A stretch of DNA of 64,000 nt from Bacillota bacterium (GTDB taxonomy: Bacteria > Bacillota > DTU065), in assembly GCA_036721855.1 (NCBI GenBank), contig DAIMKF010000004.1:17834-81833 (forward strand). Reading direction: 5' to 3'. The notes beneath the pieces were generated by a model, which was not told the origin of the DNA, made no database searches, and was given only the letters and a program-made list of their open reading frames with translations. Both the position numbers and the translations under genes were made by a program. How positions within the stretch are numbered: position 1 is the first letter of the stretch; the number at the start of each line of letters is the position of its first letter. Of this stretch, positions 31,618 through 41,492 are shown piece by piece.

Positions 31618-32457
31618 ATGCCATATATTAAAGGTGGTCAACTGACTGATCTTGCTTTGCCTACCATACCTCTGCCTCACGATGTCTGTGAAATTAAAAT
31701 GTCTTTTGACTATAATCAAGGACCTATCCGCCATCAACTTTGGGCCCTGGATCTTATGCTTAAAGGTGATGCCTATGTAGAAGTTAATGGACAAAATATT
31801 CTAAGACAAAAAGACAGTGTCCATCTCTATGCCCCCGGCACTGTATATGTTGAAAAACCTGCTTTTTCACCGGTTACAAGTGGTCGCTTTGTAGTCTTTG
31901 GCCCTGCCAAAATACCCAAACTAGAAGCAGTAATGGCTGGTAAACCTTTTTTAGCTTTTCAAGATCCGGCCGGATTGATAGCCGGTCTCCTGGAAAAAAT
32001 GGTGGCTCTTGTTAATTATTCTGAGAGTAAAGCCAACTTTGCGCTTTGTGGTTTATTAATGGCGCTTATAGATTACCTTTATTTTGCCAAAGATACTAAA
32101 ACAGGTAAGATAATAGTTCCCTTTACATCACTATCCGAAAGCCCCTTTGTGGAACAGGTAAACTTAGAACTCCAAAGCAACTTAGAAAAACGGCTGACTC
32201 TTAAAGATATTGCCGCTAAACTTCATATCAGCACCTCGACTCTTGCTCATCGCTATAAAGAAGAGGCCGGTATATCTCCCTACCAGGCTCGAACAATGTA
32301 TCGCCTAAAGATGGCCAAACAGTTATTAAAATATGAAGATTTAACCTTAGAAGTAATTGCCGCCAAGGTTGGTTTTTCAAGTGCCTCCCACCTGTCACTG
32401 GCTTTTAAGAGGCATTTTGGTATCTCACCTTCTTTGCAGCGAAATATTATGAAATAA
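31618..32457 (+). CDS. AraC-family transcriptional regulator
   Basis: C-terminal LKDIAAKLHISTSTLAHRYKEEAGISP...AKQLL...LEVIAAKVGFSSASHLSLAFKRHFGISP. Confidence 0.9.
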   Translation: MPYIKGGQLTDLALPTIPLPHDVCEIKMSFDYNQGPIRHQLWALDLMLKGDAYVEVNGQNILRQKDSVHLYAPGTVYVEKPAFSPVTSGRFVVFGPAKIPKLEAVMAGKPFLAFQDPAGLIAGLLEKMVALVNYSESKANFALCGLLMALIDYLYFAKDTKTGKIIVPFTSLSESPFVEQVNLELQSNLEKRLTLKDIAAKLHISTSTLAHRYKEEAGISPYQARTMYRLKMAKQLLKYEDLTLEVIAAKVGFSSASHLSLAFKRHFGISPSLQRNIMK

Positions 32458-32634
32458 TTTTTTTATATGCCTATCTAAGATTGTTGTTTTTAAACTAATT
32501 TCTACCTCAAAGTTGTAAACTGTGGAACAACCCTTCAATTCCTATAAAAAAGGTTGTAGCCGAGGTAAATAAGGCTAAGCCTAGGGAAGAAACTAAACAG
32601 AAACCTTAAGGTAGGATTGAATAGGAGATTAAAA

Positions 32635-33570
32635 ATGATACAAAGAACTCTTTGGACTAACAAATATTTTGTAGTATTAATGGCTGTTGTGGCCTGTATT
32701 CTTTGGGGAAGTGCATTCCCTGTTTTAAAAGTAACCTATGCCCAGCTTGAACTTAGACCGGATGATATTTCCAGTCGTTTAATACTGGCCGGAGGTCGAT
32801 TTTTCCTGGCTGCCCTTCTCTTGTTCGTACTTTTAACAATAGTTTTCAAGCAACCGCTATCCGTAGAAAAACACTCTGTCCGTCCTTTGTTTTTTTTGGG
32901 ACTGACTCAAACCGGTTTACAATACTTTTTCTTTTATAATGGTTTAGCTTATACCGCCGGTATAAAAGGTGCCGTATTAAATTCCATCGGTAACTTTTTT
33001 GTTGTCTTAATAGCACATTTTTTGTATAAAAACGAGCGTCTTAATATGGGTAAAGTAATTGGTCTGATTACAGGCTTTGCCGGGATAATAATAATCAACT
33101 GGCAACCTTATACCAATGGTTTTAACTGGAATCTTTCTTTCCGCGGAGAAGGGTTTTTAGTCTTAGCTGGATTAACCAGTGCTTTGGGCACCTTCCAAGC
33201 TAAGGAGTTAACAGGTAATCTACATCCGGTTATAGTAAATGCCTACCAATTATTGTTTGGTTCTTTGCTTCTTCTTACCGCGGGTCTTCCTGGAGTAAAT
33301 AAAAATCATTTAACTCTAACTCCATTGTTTTGGATATTGTTTATCTATTCAGCTGTCTTGTCAGCCACAGCGTTTTCCATTTGGTATACCCTACTTAAAT
33401 ATAATAAAGCCAGTGAAGTAACCCTGATCAGGTTTGTCATTCCGGTTTCGGGAGCAATTCTTTCAGCCGCTTTTTTACCTAATGAACATTTAAGTTTTTC
33501 CGTACTTCTAGCTTTAATTTTAGTTGCTTTTGGTATCGGTGCTGTAAACTACTTTCGCAAAAATACTTAA
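32635..33570 (+). CDS. DMT/EamA-family transporter
   Basis: LWGSAFPVLK, GGRFFLA, GLTQTGLQY. About 10 TM segments. Confidence 0.88.
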   Translation: MIQRTLWTNKYFVVLMAVVACILWGSAFPVLKVTYAQLELRPDDISSRLILAGGRFFLAALLLFVLLTIVFKQPLSVEKHSVRPLFFLGLTQTGLQYFFFYNGLAYTAGIKGAVLNSIGNFFVVLIAHFLYKNERLNMGKVIGLITGFAGIIIINWQPYTNGFNWNLSFRGEGFLVLAGLTSALGTFQAKELTGNLHPVIVNAYQLLFGSLLLLTAGLPGVNKNHLTLTPLFWILFIYSAVLSATAFSIWYTLLKYNKASEVTLIRFVIPVSGAILSAAFLPNEHLSFSVLLALILVAFGIGAVNYFRKNT

Positions 33571-33593
33571 GAGCTTATGCTATAGTTAAAATT

Positions 33594-33627
33594 AAACCGC
33601 TGCATCTAACAAGTGTAGCGGTTTTTT
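33594..33627 (+). terminator. Intrinsic terminator
   Basis: AAACCGCTGCA...TGTAGCGGTTTTTT. Confidence 0.75.
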
Positions 33628-33748
33628 AGCCCATTAAAAGCTTGCTTTTCATTGCTTTTTTACTCTGACCATCAAGTCACTTCACTCTATTTCACCCTCT
33701 GGCATACAAAGAATAATCTAATATCAGAGCAAATAAAGGAGTGATGTT

Positions 33749-34399
33749 ATGGATCTAGATTCAAGTGTCTATTGCCTAAAATGCAGTAGTGAATCTGCCT
33801 CTGGTCTAATTAACCCAAAAACTTATCAGTGGTGCCCGGTATTTGGTCAGCCTAAACCTGCAATATATAAACCAGCTCTCCAATACATTGTTTCAATCCC
33901 TATCAACTTAGCCAAATCCCTGGAAGGCAAGTATTATGTCGGTTATGCTGATAATTTAGTTTTTGGTCAGGGAAAAAGTGCTTGGGCAAGATTATATAAT
34001 CCGCTTAATTCCGGTATTAATTTACATGTAACAGTCTGGACTGTCAGCGATGTTTCAGAAACTACTTTTCGGGCCCAAATCTGGTTTAATACCAATCCTC
34101 CGGGAACATCGCTGGAATCCGATTTAGTTACCCCCTCTAACCTCGCTTTTTATCCCCCACCTCATCCCAAGGTAAAATTAGAATATGCTATCAATGTCTC
34201 AGGAGAGCCTCTGGGTGGGATAAAGGCTTTTGTGCGCCGAGGACAACCTGAAACCACCCTGGTAGATGACGAACAAGGCAAATTTATCTTTCCTCCGGGA
34301 GGTTCATTTCTCATTTTCCTATCCAATCCGGAAACACCGGATTTAATAAGTAGCGGTAGAATTGCCTATGGCTGGTGGGAAGAGCCTGTTTGTAATTAA
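33749..34399 (+). CDS. DUF6143-like hypothetical protein
   Basis: VSIPINLAKSLEGKYYVG...AWARLYNPLNSGINLHV...FIFPPGGSFL recognised as DUF6143-like. RBS AAGGAG. Confidence 0.65.
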   Translation: MDLDSSVYCLKCSSESASGLINPKTYQWCPVFGQPKPAIYKPALQYIVSIPINLAKSLEGKYYVGYADNLVFGQGKSAWARLYNPLNSGINLHVTVWTVSDVSETTFRAQIWFNTNPPGTSLESDLVTPSNLAFYPPPHPKVKLEYAINVSGEPLGGIKAFVRRGQPETTLVDDEQGKFIFPPGGSFLIFLSNPETPDLISSGRIAYGWWEEPVCN

Positions 34400-34436
34400 A
34401 AGGGTAAATCTCCTCCAAATTGAAGCTAACTGTATC

Positions 34437-34471
34437 AAAAATGCAGGCTACATTTTAGTAGCCTGCATTTT
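34437..34471. terminator. Bidirectional terminator ending the hyd operon
   Basis: AAAATGCAGGCTAC-ATTTTA-GTAGCCTGCATTTT. Confidence 0.8.
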
Positions 34472-34498
34472 ATTCTTTTGTTAAAAGCTAGTGTTTTT

Positions 34499-36223
34499 TT
34501 ACTTTCTTGGTGTGTAGTGGGTATGCAAAAGCTGGTGCGAACGTTCTGATAGAGGTTTTTGGAGAAATTCCTCATAAAGAGCGATTACAGCGGGATTTTT
34601 GTGGGATAGACGTAGCTCCATATCTCGATCAGCAGTATAAAGGGCACTGCCTCTTTCAGCGCGAGTAGTCATCAGAGAACCAATCGGCTGTCCTCCACCA
34701 CCCACACATCCACCCGGGCAACACATAACCTCCACAAATTGCCAAGGTGCCTTGCCTGATTTAATCTGCTCTAGTACCTTTTTTGCATTGGTAAGGCCAT
34801 GGGCCACTGCCACCATAACTTCGTTACCACTGAGATTTACTGTAGCCTCTTTAACTCCTTCCAAACCTCTAACCTCATGAAACTCAAGTTCGTCTAAAGC
34901 TAACTCCTTTCCGGTTACCACTTCATAAACGGTGCGCAAAGCTGCTTCCATCACACCTCCTGTAGCGCCAAAGATTGCTCCGGCACCTGTGGATGTGCCT
35001 AGCGGAGAATCAAAATCTTCTTCGGGTAAGCTCTCAAAATTTATCCCCGTCTCTTTAAGCATACGGCCTAATTCGCGTGTTGTAAGAACAACATCCACAT
35101 CTCTAAAGCCACTCGATTGCATCTCAGGTCTTTGGGCTTCAAATTTTTTGGCTGTACAAGGCATAATGGATACGACAAAAATATTGGCCGGATCTAGATT
35201 AGCTTTTTTTGCGTAGTAGGTTTTAGCCAAAGCTCCAAACATCTGTTGGGGTGACTTACAAGAAGAAATATGTTCCAGAAGCTCCGGATAAAAATGCTCA
35301 ATATATTTTATCCATCCCGGGCTGCATGAGGTAATTAGAGGAAGTGTTTTACCACCCATTAATCTTTGCAACAGCTCGTGGCCTTCCTCCATGATAGTAA
35401 GATCAGCCGTAAAATCAGTGTCAAAGACCCGATCAAAACCCAGCCTTCTTAGGGCTGCAACCATCTTACCCGTAACAATTAAACCTGGTTTAAGACCTAG
35501 TTCCTCACCAAGAGAGACTCTGATGGCAGGAGCAGTCTGAACCACAACATGTTTTGCCGGATCAGAGAGAGCTTTCCAGACTAAAAAGGTATCATCTCGC
35601 TCAGTAATAGCCCCGGTAGGACAAGCCAAAATACATTGACCACATAAGGCACAGACCACATCCGAAAGGCCCAATTCAAAAGCAGGCATTACAACCGTAT
35701 CAAACGAGCGGTTTATCATAGAAAGTGCCTCTACTCCTTGAACCTTCTCACAGACCTCTATACAGCGTCTGCAGTTAATGCACTTATTGGGATCACGTAC
35801 GATAGCAGGTGAAGACTCGTCTAAAGGTAAATTGCGGATAATTCGCTCAAACCGGATCTTTCTTATACCCAGATCAGAAGCTAGTTGCTGCAACTCACAT
35901 TGGAGGTTGCGGGCACAAGCCAGACAATCATCAGGGTGATGAGCTAAAAGCAGCTCAACAGCCATTTTACGTGCTTTTCTTACAAGGGGTGAGTTGGTAG
36001 ATACCACCATATTGGGTGCAACCGGGTACGAACAGGCCGGTTGCAGAGTCCGCATACCTACAATTTCCACCACGCAGACTCTACATACCGCAGGAGAACC
36101 TAAATCCTCATGCCAACATAAGGTAGGTATATTTATCCCGATACTGCGGGCTGCTTCAAGAATAGTGGTTCCAGGTGCAACCTTTACTAGTTGATCATCT
36201 ATAGTTAAGGTAATATCCGACAT
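34499..36223 (-). CDS. hydA: [FeFe]-hydrogenase catalytic subunit (group A3-type, M3 architecture)
   Basis: H-cluster motifs ITSCSPGW, MPCTAKKFE and EVMCCPGGCVGGGGQP. N-terminal 2Fe-2S, a His-ligated 4Fe-4S, and 2x4Fe-4S motifs. Confidence 0.95.
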   Translation of the reverse strand: MSDITLTIDDQLVKVAPGTTILEAARSIGINIPTLCWHEDLGSPAVCRVCVVEIVGMRTLQPACSYPVAPNMVVSTNSPLVRKARKMAVELLLAHHPDDCLACARNLQCELQQLASDLGIRKIRFERIIRNLPLDESSPAIVRDPNKCINCRRCIEVCEKVQGVEALSMINRSFDTVVMPAFELGLSDVVCALCGQCILACPTGAITERDDTFLVWKALSDPAKHVVVQTAPAIRVSLGEELGLKPGLIVTGKMVAALRRLGFDRVFDTDFTADLTIMEEGHELLQRLMGGKTLPLITSCSPGWIKYIEHFYPELLEHISSCKSPQQMFGALAKTYYAKKANLDPANIFVVSIMPCTAKKFEAQRPEMQSSGFRDVDVVLTTRELGRMLKETGINFESLPEEDFDSPLGTSTGAGAIFGATGGVMEAALRTVYEVVTGKELALDELEFHEVRGLEGVKEATVNLSGNEVMVAVAHGLTNAKKVLEQIKSGKAPWQFVEVMCCPGGCVGGGGQPIGSLMTTRAERGSALYTADRDMELRLSHKNPAVIALYEEFLQKPLSERSHQLLHTHYTPRK

Positions 36224-36237
36224 TTTTCAACCTCCTT

Positions 36238-37899
36238 TCAACTAACAATGTCGCTTTTTGTGCTAGCTACCTGGGTATTAACACCGTTTTGGCATTTCCC
36301 AACTAGACAAGCTTCATGCAAATGCATCTGAATTTCGTCTCTAAAATGCTCCATTATGGTAAAAAGAGGAACTGCCACCGATTGACCAAGAGCACATAAT
36401 GATGAACTTTGCATTACTTGGGCCAATTCCAGCGCTAAATCCAAATCTGCTTTAGTGGCCTTAAACTGACGTAGTTTATTAAAAATCTGTAGTACCCGGG
36501 TAGTACCTTCGCGACAGGGAGTGCACTGTCCGCAGGACTCATGGGCAAAAAAGTTCAGCATTGAACAGGCAATATCTACTATACAATGACTATCATCGAT
36601 AACCAGAAGCGCTCCTGATCCTAAAGCAGAACCAACCGATTGCAGGCTTTCGTAATCCATTGGTAGATCAAGATGAGCATCAGTCAGACAACCACCGGCT
36701 GTTCCTCCTGTTTGAGCCAGTTTAAATAACCTACCGTTAGGAATTCCCCCACCCACCCCATAGATTACTTTCCGTAAAGTAATGCCCATAGGAACTTCAA
36801 TCAAACCCTTGTTGTTAATATTGCCTGTTAGGGTAAAGACTTTGGTCCCCGGTGAACTAGTCGTTCCTATACTTCTATACCAAGCTGCACCATGCCTGAT
36901 AATAGCTGGGATATTGGCTATAGTCTCCACATTTACCACCACTGTAGGTTTCCCCCATAAGCCGGAAGTGCTAGGATAGGGTGGTTTTTGGCGTGCCTCT
37001 CCCCTTTTACCTTCCATCGAGGCAATAAGTGCGGTTTCTTCTCCACAAACATAGGAGCCGGCACCTTTTTTAACTTCAATATCAAATTCAAAATCCGTTC
37101 CGAACAGTTTTTTGCCCAGAATCCCTGAAGAACGTGCTTGGTTTATGGCCTTTTCCATTCGTTCAATAGAAAGATAGTATTCACCACGAATGTAAACATA
37201 ACCACAGGTAGCACCAACTGCGTAGCCTAAAATAATCATGCCCTCAATGATCTTATGGGGATCACCTTCTAGAATCAGTCTATCCTTAAAAGTACCCGGT
37301 TCACCCTCATCAGCATTACAGATGATATACTTTTGATCTGATTGCGTTTTTTGTGTCATGGCCAGTTTTTTACCGGTAGGGAAAGCTGCACCTCCACGTC
37401 CCCTAAGACCTGAGTCTTTAACAATTTCAATAACTTCTTCCGGAGAGTAACTAGTAAAAGCTGTTTCGGCAGCTTCGTAGCCATTGTGCTTAATATATTC
37501 TTCAATACTGTCTGGATTAATTAAGCCAGCATTTTCAAGCACAACACGTTTTTGAATTTGAAAATAATCCGGGCGTTTACTGTAATCAGCCGAGACCGAG
37601 GGCATCTCTCCTGTATATTGGAATCTTTTTACGGGGAAGCCTTTAATTAGATGTTCGCTGACAATTTCACGAGCTTTTTCTATGGTAACTTGGCTATATA
37701 CTATTCCTTCCGGATAAACCACAACAATCGGTCCCTGATCACATGGACCCAAACACCCTGTTTCGACAACACGTATCTCACGATCAAGCCCAGCTTTTTT
37801 AACCAGCTGTTCGATCTCTTTAAGTATGGCGTAGCACCCATGGGCCACACAAGGGGAGCCACCACATACCAGAACGTGTGAACGATAATAAAACCCCAT
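36238..37899 (-). CDS. hydB: NADH/FMN-binding hydrogenase beta subunit (NuoF-like), lacking the C-terminal 2x[4Fe-4S] domain
   Basis: GLRGRGGAAFPTG, NADEGEPGTFKDR, GAGSYVCGEE, ESCGQCTPCREG. The protein ends shortly after ACLVGKC. Confidence 0.92.
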   Translation of the reverse strand: MGFYYRSHVLVCGGSPCVAHGCYAILKEIEQLVKKAGLDREIRVVETGCLGPCDQGPIVVVYPEGIVYSQVTIEKAREIVSEHLIKGFPVKRFQYTGEMPSVSADYSKRPDYFQIQKRVVLENAGLINPDSIEEYIKHNGYEAAETAFTSYSPEEVIEIVKDSGLRGRGGAAFPTGKKLAMTQKTQSDQKYIICNADEGEPGTFKDRLILEGDPHKIIEGMIILGYAVGATCGYVYIRGEYYLSIERMEKAINQARSSGILGKKLFGTDFEFDIEVKKGAGSYVCGEETALIASMEGKRGEARQKPPYPSTSGLWGKPTVVVNVETIANIPAIIRHGAAWYRSIGTTSSPGTKVFTLTGNINNKGLIEVPMGITLRKVIYGVGGGIPNGRLFKLAQTGGTAGGCLTDAHLDLPMDYESLQSVGSALGSGALLVIDDSHCIVDIACSMLNFFAHESCGQCTPCREGTTRVLQIFNKLRQFKATKADLDLALELAQVMQSSSLCALGQSVAVPLFTIMEHFRDEIQMHLHEACLVGKCQNGVNTQVASTKSDIVS

Positions 37900-37919
37900 A
37901 GTAATCCCCTCCTTGAGGC

Positions 37920-38411
37920 CTATTTATAACGTTCTAAGATCTTGTTGAGATCTTCTGGAACTAAATTTCCATAGACCTCATCATCGATCATCATGGCTGG
38001 TGCAACCCCGCACACACCAAGACACGAACTTACTTCAACCGTAAAACGTCCGTCTTTTGTCGTGCCACCTATCTCGACGCCAAGGATATTACAAAGCGAG
38101 TCGATTATTTCCGTTTTGCCCATAACATGGCAAGGAGTCGACTCGCAGATTCTGATGATATGACGTCCCCTAGGTGTTGTTGAGAACATTGAATAGAATT
38201 TAGCTACTCCGTATACACGACTCTCTGGTATTTCTAGAACACGTGCTACTACACTTAATGCTTCACGAGGAAGGTAGTTTTTTAAGTCCTGCACTTCGTG
38301 AAGGGCTAGAACAATATCTTCTGGTTTACCACAATATTTAGTTGCAATTTCCTCTACCTGAGTTAGAAAATCAGCATCAGGTTGCAAGGTTATTTCAGAT
38401 TTTTCTGCCAT
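37920..38411 (-). CDS. hydC: Hydrogenase gamma subunit (NuoE-like, 2Fe-2S)
   Basis: VYGVAKFYSMFS, ICESTPCHVMG, SSCLGVCGVAP. Confidence 0.92.
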   Translation of the reverse strand: MAEKSEITLQPDADFLTQVEEIATKYCGKPEDIVLALHEVQDLKNYLPREALSVVARVLEIPESRVYGVAKFYSMFSTTPRGRHIIRICESTPCHVMGKTEIIDSLCNILGVEIGGTTKDGRFTVEVSSCLGVCGVAPAMMIDDEVYGNLVPEDLNKILERYK

Positions 38412-38462
38412 ATAGTGGACCTCCTTTCCTACCTAGAGTATATTTTGCTAGGTATTACTATT

Positions 38463-38480
38463 TTGTGATATTTTTAACAA
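38463..38480. promoter_or_regulatory. Putative Rex operator
   Basis: TTGTGATATTTTTAACAA, an 18-bp match to TTGT(G/T)AA-N4-TT(A/C)ACAA with one mismatch, 8 nt downstream of the -10 box. Confidence 0.7.
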
Positions 38481-38488
38481 TCCTTTCC

Positions 38489-38517
38489 AAAATAACTGGC
38501 CGTTAGGTAAATGTCAA
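38489..38517 (-). promoter_or_regulatory. Sigma-A promoter for hydCBA
   Basis: TTGACA-17 nt-TATTTT on the minus strand. Confidence 0.65.
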
Positions 38518-38524
38518 TCTGCTA

Positions 38525-38881
38525 CTAAGAGATGACAAGATTACCCACGACCTTGCCATTTACTACGTGGCTGGCAATAATCTGACGTGCTCTTTCCGGT
38601 GTTACATGGCCATAAATTACTTTTGGTTCACCTTGTCTTACTACTTCAATAATCGGTTCTAACTCACACATGCCAATACAACCTGTTTGTGTAACTACTA
38701 CATTACTGAGATTGCGGGCTTTGATCTCATCGTCAATTGCCTTAAGTGTTTCCCGGGCTCCTGCTCCTATACTGCATGTTCCCATACGGATAACAATGCC
38801 AACCTTGTCTTTTTCTTCTTTAGAATCTGTACTAGGCGATGAACACTCCTTAAACTTTTTAAGATTATCGAACAACTTCAT
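38525..38881 (-). CDS. Thioredoxin-like [2Fe-2S] ferredoxin (HndB/HydD-like subunit)
   Basis: IRMGTCSIGAGAR, QTGCIGMCELEP, IYGHVTPERARQIIASHV. ATG 38881 follows AAGGGGG. Confidence 0.85.
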   Translation of the reverse strand: MKLFDNLKKFKECSSPSTDSKEEKDKVGIVIRMGTCSIGAGARETLKAIDDEIKARNLSNVVVTQTGCIGMCELEPIIEVVRQGEPKVIYGHVTPERARQIIASHVVNGKVVGNLVIS

Positions 38882-39619
38882 ATTTAAGCAACCCCCCTTA
38901 AGAAATATTAACTTTCTACTATACATTAGAAAGATTACATAACTAAAAGCAGTATCTTCTAGTAATATTTTTCGTTAAGGATAATCTTTAGCTTAAATAT
39001 CTGACATATTTAGTCTGCTTAATCTGTTTTTTGCCTTTTTATATGTATAACAGTATTCGCATCAATAGAATAGTAGCCACTTAACTACTTTCAGTCATTT
39101 GCGCCTTTATTTAAATCTATGTTTTGGCCGACAATAACCTTTCTTTAATTATATCTTATATATGCCTTTAAGGAAAATATTCCTTCTTTTTAGGACAAAA
39201 TTAATTTATTAGCAGTTATCCCGGAGTTTAGTTGCGTTTTTGTTCCCTCGCCTTAACCCACACCTCAGCAATGAAATATCTTCTATTAGACTTTACCTAT
39301 CCTCCAGCTTTTTCTCGAGTTATTACTTATTACCTTATGCTTGATTCATAAGATACTTTCATCATATGAGTTATAAATCACCCATAAAGACCAGATTTAC
39401 GGGAATTTGTTTCCGGCTAAGATTTTTGAATTAAATAAATGCGGAAGCCAAGTTTTTCCTCCCCCCTAGGAGTTTTGGGTTTTTTAAAGTTATAGTTTAT
39501 AACCTAAATTTTTAATATGGGTATATCCTGACTATAAAGAAGCCCCAAAAAAACCTTATGTTTTTTGAGCCATGGTTAACAGTAAGTTATTTAATTTCAG
39601 AGGTATTTAATTTCAGGGG

Positions 39620-39647
39620 TTGACAAGTGCTACGTATAGGTTATTAT
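39620..39647 (+). promoter_or_regulatory. Putative sigma-A promoter for the hemolysin III-family gene
   Basis: TTGACA-16 nt-TATTAT. The spacer contains TACGTA. Confidence 0.5.
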
Positions 39648-39829
39648 TATATTGTGACCAACGCATACGTATCCGTTGTGTCTCATATTGTTTTCTTTTC
39701 TCATGTCTATGCTATAATTTTCAATCTTTTCGGATACAAAATATATCTACGTATACGTTACATTTTTACGCCTACTTATTTGTTTAGGCTGTTTATCTTA
39801 GTTGCTTGTTAAAAAAGGGGGGCTTTTAC

Positions 39830-40474
39830 ATGGTTAGCAATTTCAGAGATCCCGGCAGTGGCTTAAGCCATTTAATGGGTGCTATTCTGGCAATTATTGG
39901 TTTAGTTGTAATGCTTATCACTGTGATTCCTGAAGGTAATATTTGGCAGATAATCTCCTTTAGTGTCTTTGGTGTCAGCCTTATTCTCCTTTATACAACC
40001 AGTGCCATTTACCATATTAGTAACGGTTCGAAGGAAATAATTGCCCGGCTTAGAAGACTCGATCACAGCATGATCTTTGTTCTAATCGCCGGTACTTACA
40101 CCCCGATTTGCCTAACTCTTTTAAGGGGTAAAATAGGTTATCTTTTGCTTACTTTAATCTGGGCCTTAGCTTTAGTCGGTATTGTTTTGCAAACTATACT
40201 TATCAGGGTGCCTCGTTTTGTCTATACATTAATCTATATTGTCATGGGATGGCTGGTTGTTTTAGCCTTTTCTCCTCTTGTGGAAGCTTCCTCGCTAAAA
40301 GCTATCCGCTGGTTAATCTTAGGTGGTGTATTCTATAGTCTAGGTGCTTTGATCTATGCTCGCAAAAAGCCAAACTTTATTAAGGACTGGCTTGGTTTTC
40401 ATGAGATCTTTCATATCTTTGTGATTCTTGGCAGTTTAAGCCACTTTATATTTATTTTCAAATACTGTCGTTAA
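39830..40474 (+). CDS. Hemolysin III / PAQR-family membrane protein
   Basis: SHLMGAIL, SAIYH, RRLDHSMIFVLIAGTYTP, GFHEIFHIFV. Confidence 0.92.
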   Translation: MVSNFRDPGSGLSHLMGAILAIIGLVVMLITVIPEGNIWQIISFSVFGVSLILLYTTSAIYHISNGSKEIIARLRRLDHSMIFVLIAGTYTPICLTLLRGKIGYLLLTLIWALALVGIVLQTILIRVPRFVYTLIYIVMGWLVVLAFSPLVEASSLKAIRWLILGGVFYSLGALIYARKKPNFIKDWLGFHEIFHIFVILGSLSHFIFIFKYCR

Positions 40475-40475
40475 A

Positions 40476-40512
40476 ATAACACCTTCCTTGATTAAATAAG
40501 GGAGGTGTTATT
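40476..40512 (+). terminator. Intrinsic terminator
   Basis: AATAACACCTTCCTT...AAGGGAGGTGTTATT. Confidence 0.7.
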
Positions 40513-40888
40513 AAACCCAGAATAATAGATTAAAAATCAGTATTATAAGATCCCGCTTGATAAAATCCAGCCTAGTTTGGGACATCAGTTTATAATGTTA
40601 ATAGCTTTAAGACATGCCATGTTTCTTTTATTGTTAGAGCAATTTTCTACCCGAGAACGCTAGAAAGTTAAGTTGATACTGTTTTTTTCTCTGACAGCTT
40701 TGCGGTGATACATTGGTCTAATTCCAAGGGGAACAACCTTGAGAATTCAATACTTGCCAATAATTTTAGTACTGTTCTAGACTAAACATTAAAAAGATAG
40801 CCTTATCCTTGCTAAGATTAGGTGTTATTTTACAGGCTTATGGGTTAAATAAATCCAATGGTTCTTTAGATTACCAGACCCCAAAAAG

Positions 40889-41443
40889 TTATCTTTTTTT
40901 AGCTTTTTGGGGTTTATTTAAAAGTTCTTTTAGATTGCCTTTAAAAATGACCTTGCCATCTAAGTTAAGCAAGTTTTGGGGGCTAACTAGATTTCTGGAG
41001 ATATTAAAATCAGCTATACCACTTTCATGCAAAATGTAATAGACAAATTCTGAACATAAGAATCTGTTCTGATAACAAACCTCCCGTTTTAAGAAACTGT
41101 TTATTAAGCCCTTGTAGCTATACTTGAAGCTGCTGCTGTTTTTAATAAATTCGTTTAACAGCTCCAAAGCCGTCTCATACTGCTTTTTAGTAACTTCAAG
41201 TTCAATTATAAGACCAGGTAATACCTTATGATATTTGTAAACACCCTCATTGAGCCTTTCTCTTCTAAACCTGCCAAGAAAGGGATTATAGGTTCTTTTT
41301 CGGCCGAAACTATACATTGTATCCAAATTCTTATCCAGTGCGAGTACAGCATGAGTATAGGTATCTTTACGCACTAACTGAATAAGTTTAGAAATGGCGG
41401 TGTTGGTTCTTGTAAGTACTACATAAAGAAAGTATTTTTCCAT
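40889..41443 (-). CDS. Hypothetical protein, permuted papain-like (YaeF/YiiX-type) fold suspected
   Basis: N-terminal YTHAVLA His motif and C-terminal FLCSEFV Cys motif. Confidence 0.6.
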   Translation of the reverse strand: MEKYFLYVVLTRTNTAISKLIQLVRKDTYTHAVLALDKNLDTMYSFGRKRTYNPFLGRFRRERLNEGVYKYHKVLPGLIIELEVTKKQYETALELLNEFIKNSSSFKYSYKGLINSFLKREVCYQNRFLCSEFVYYILHESGIADFNISRNLVSPQNLLNLDGKVIFKGNLKELLNKPQKAKKR

Positions 41444-41492
41444 AGATCTATCCTTTCTAAAAAAAAAACATCTCTTAGTGTAATTTAGGGAT

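Noticed and set aside
39830-40474. Hemolysin III as a virulence toxin
   Set aside because: PAQR/HlyIII proteins are widespread housekeeping membrane proteins, and the name is not evidence of toxicity.
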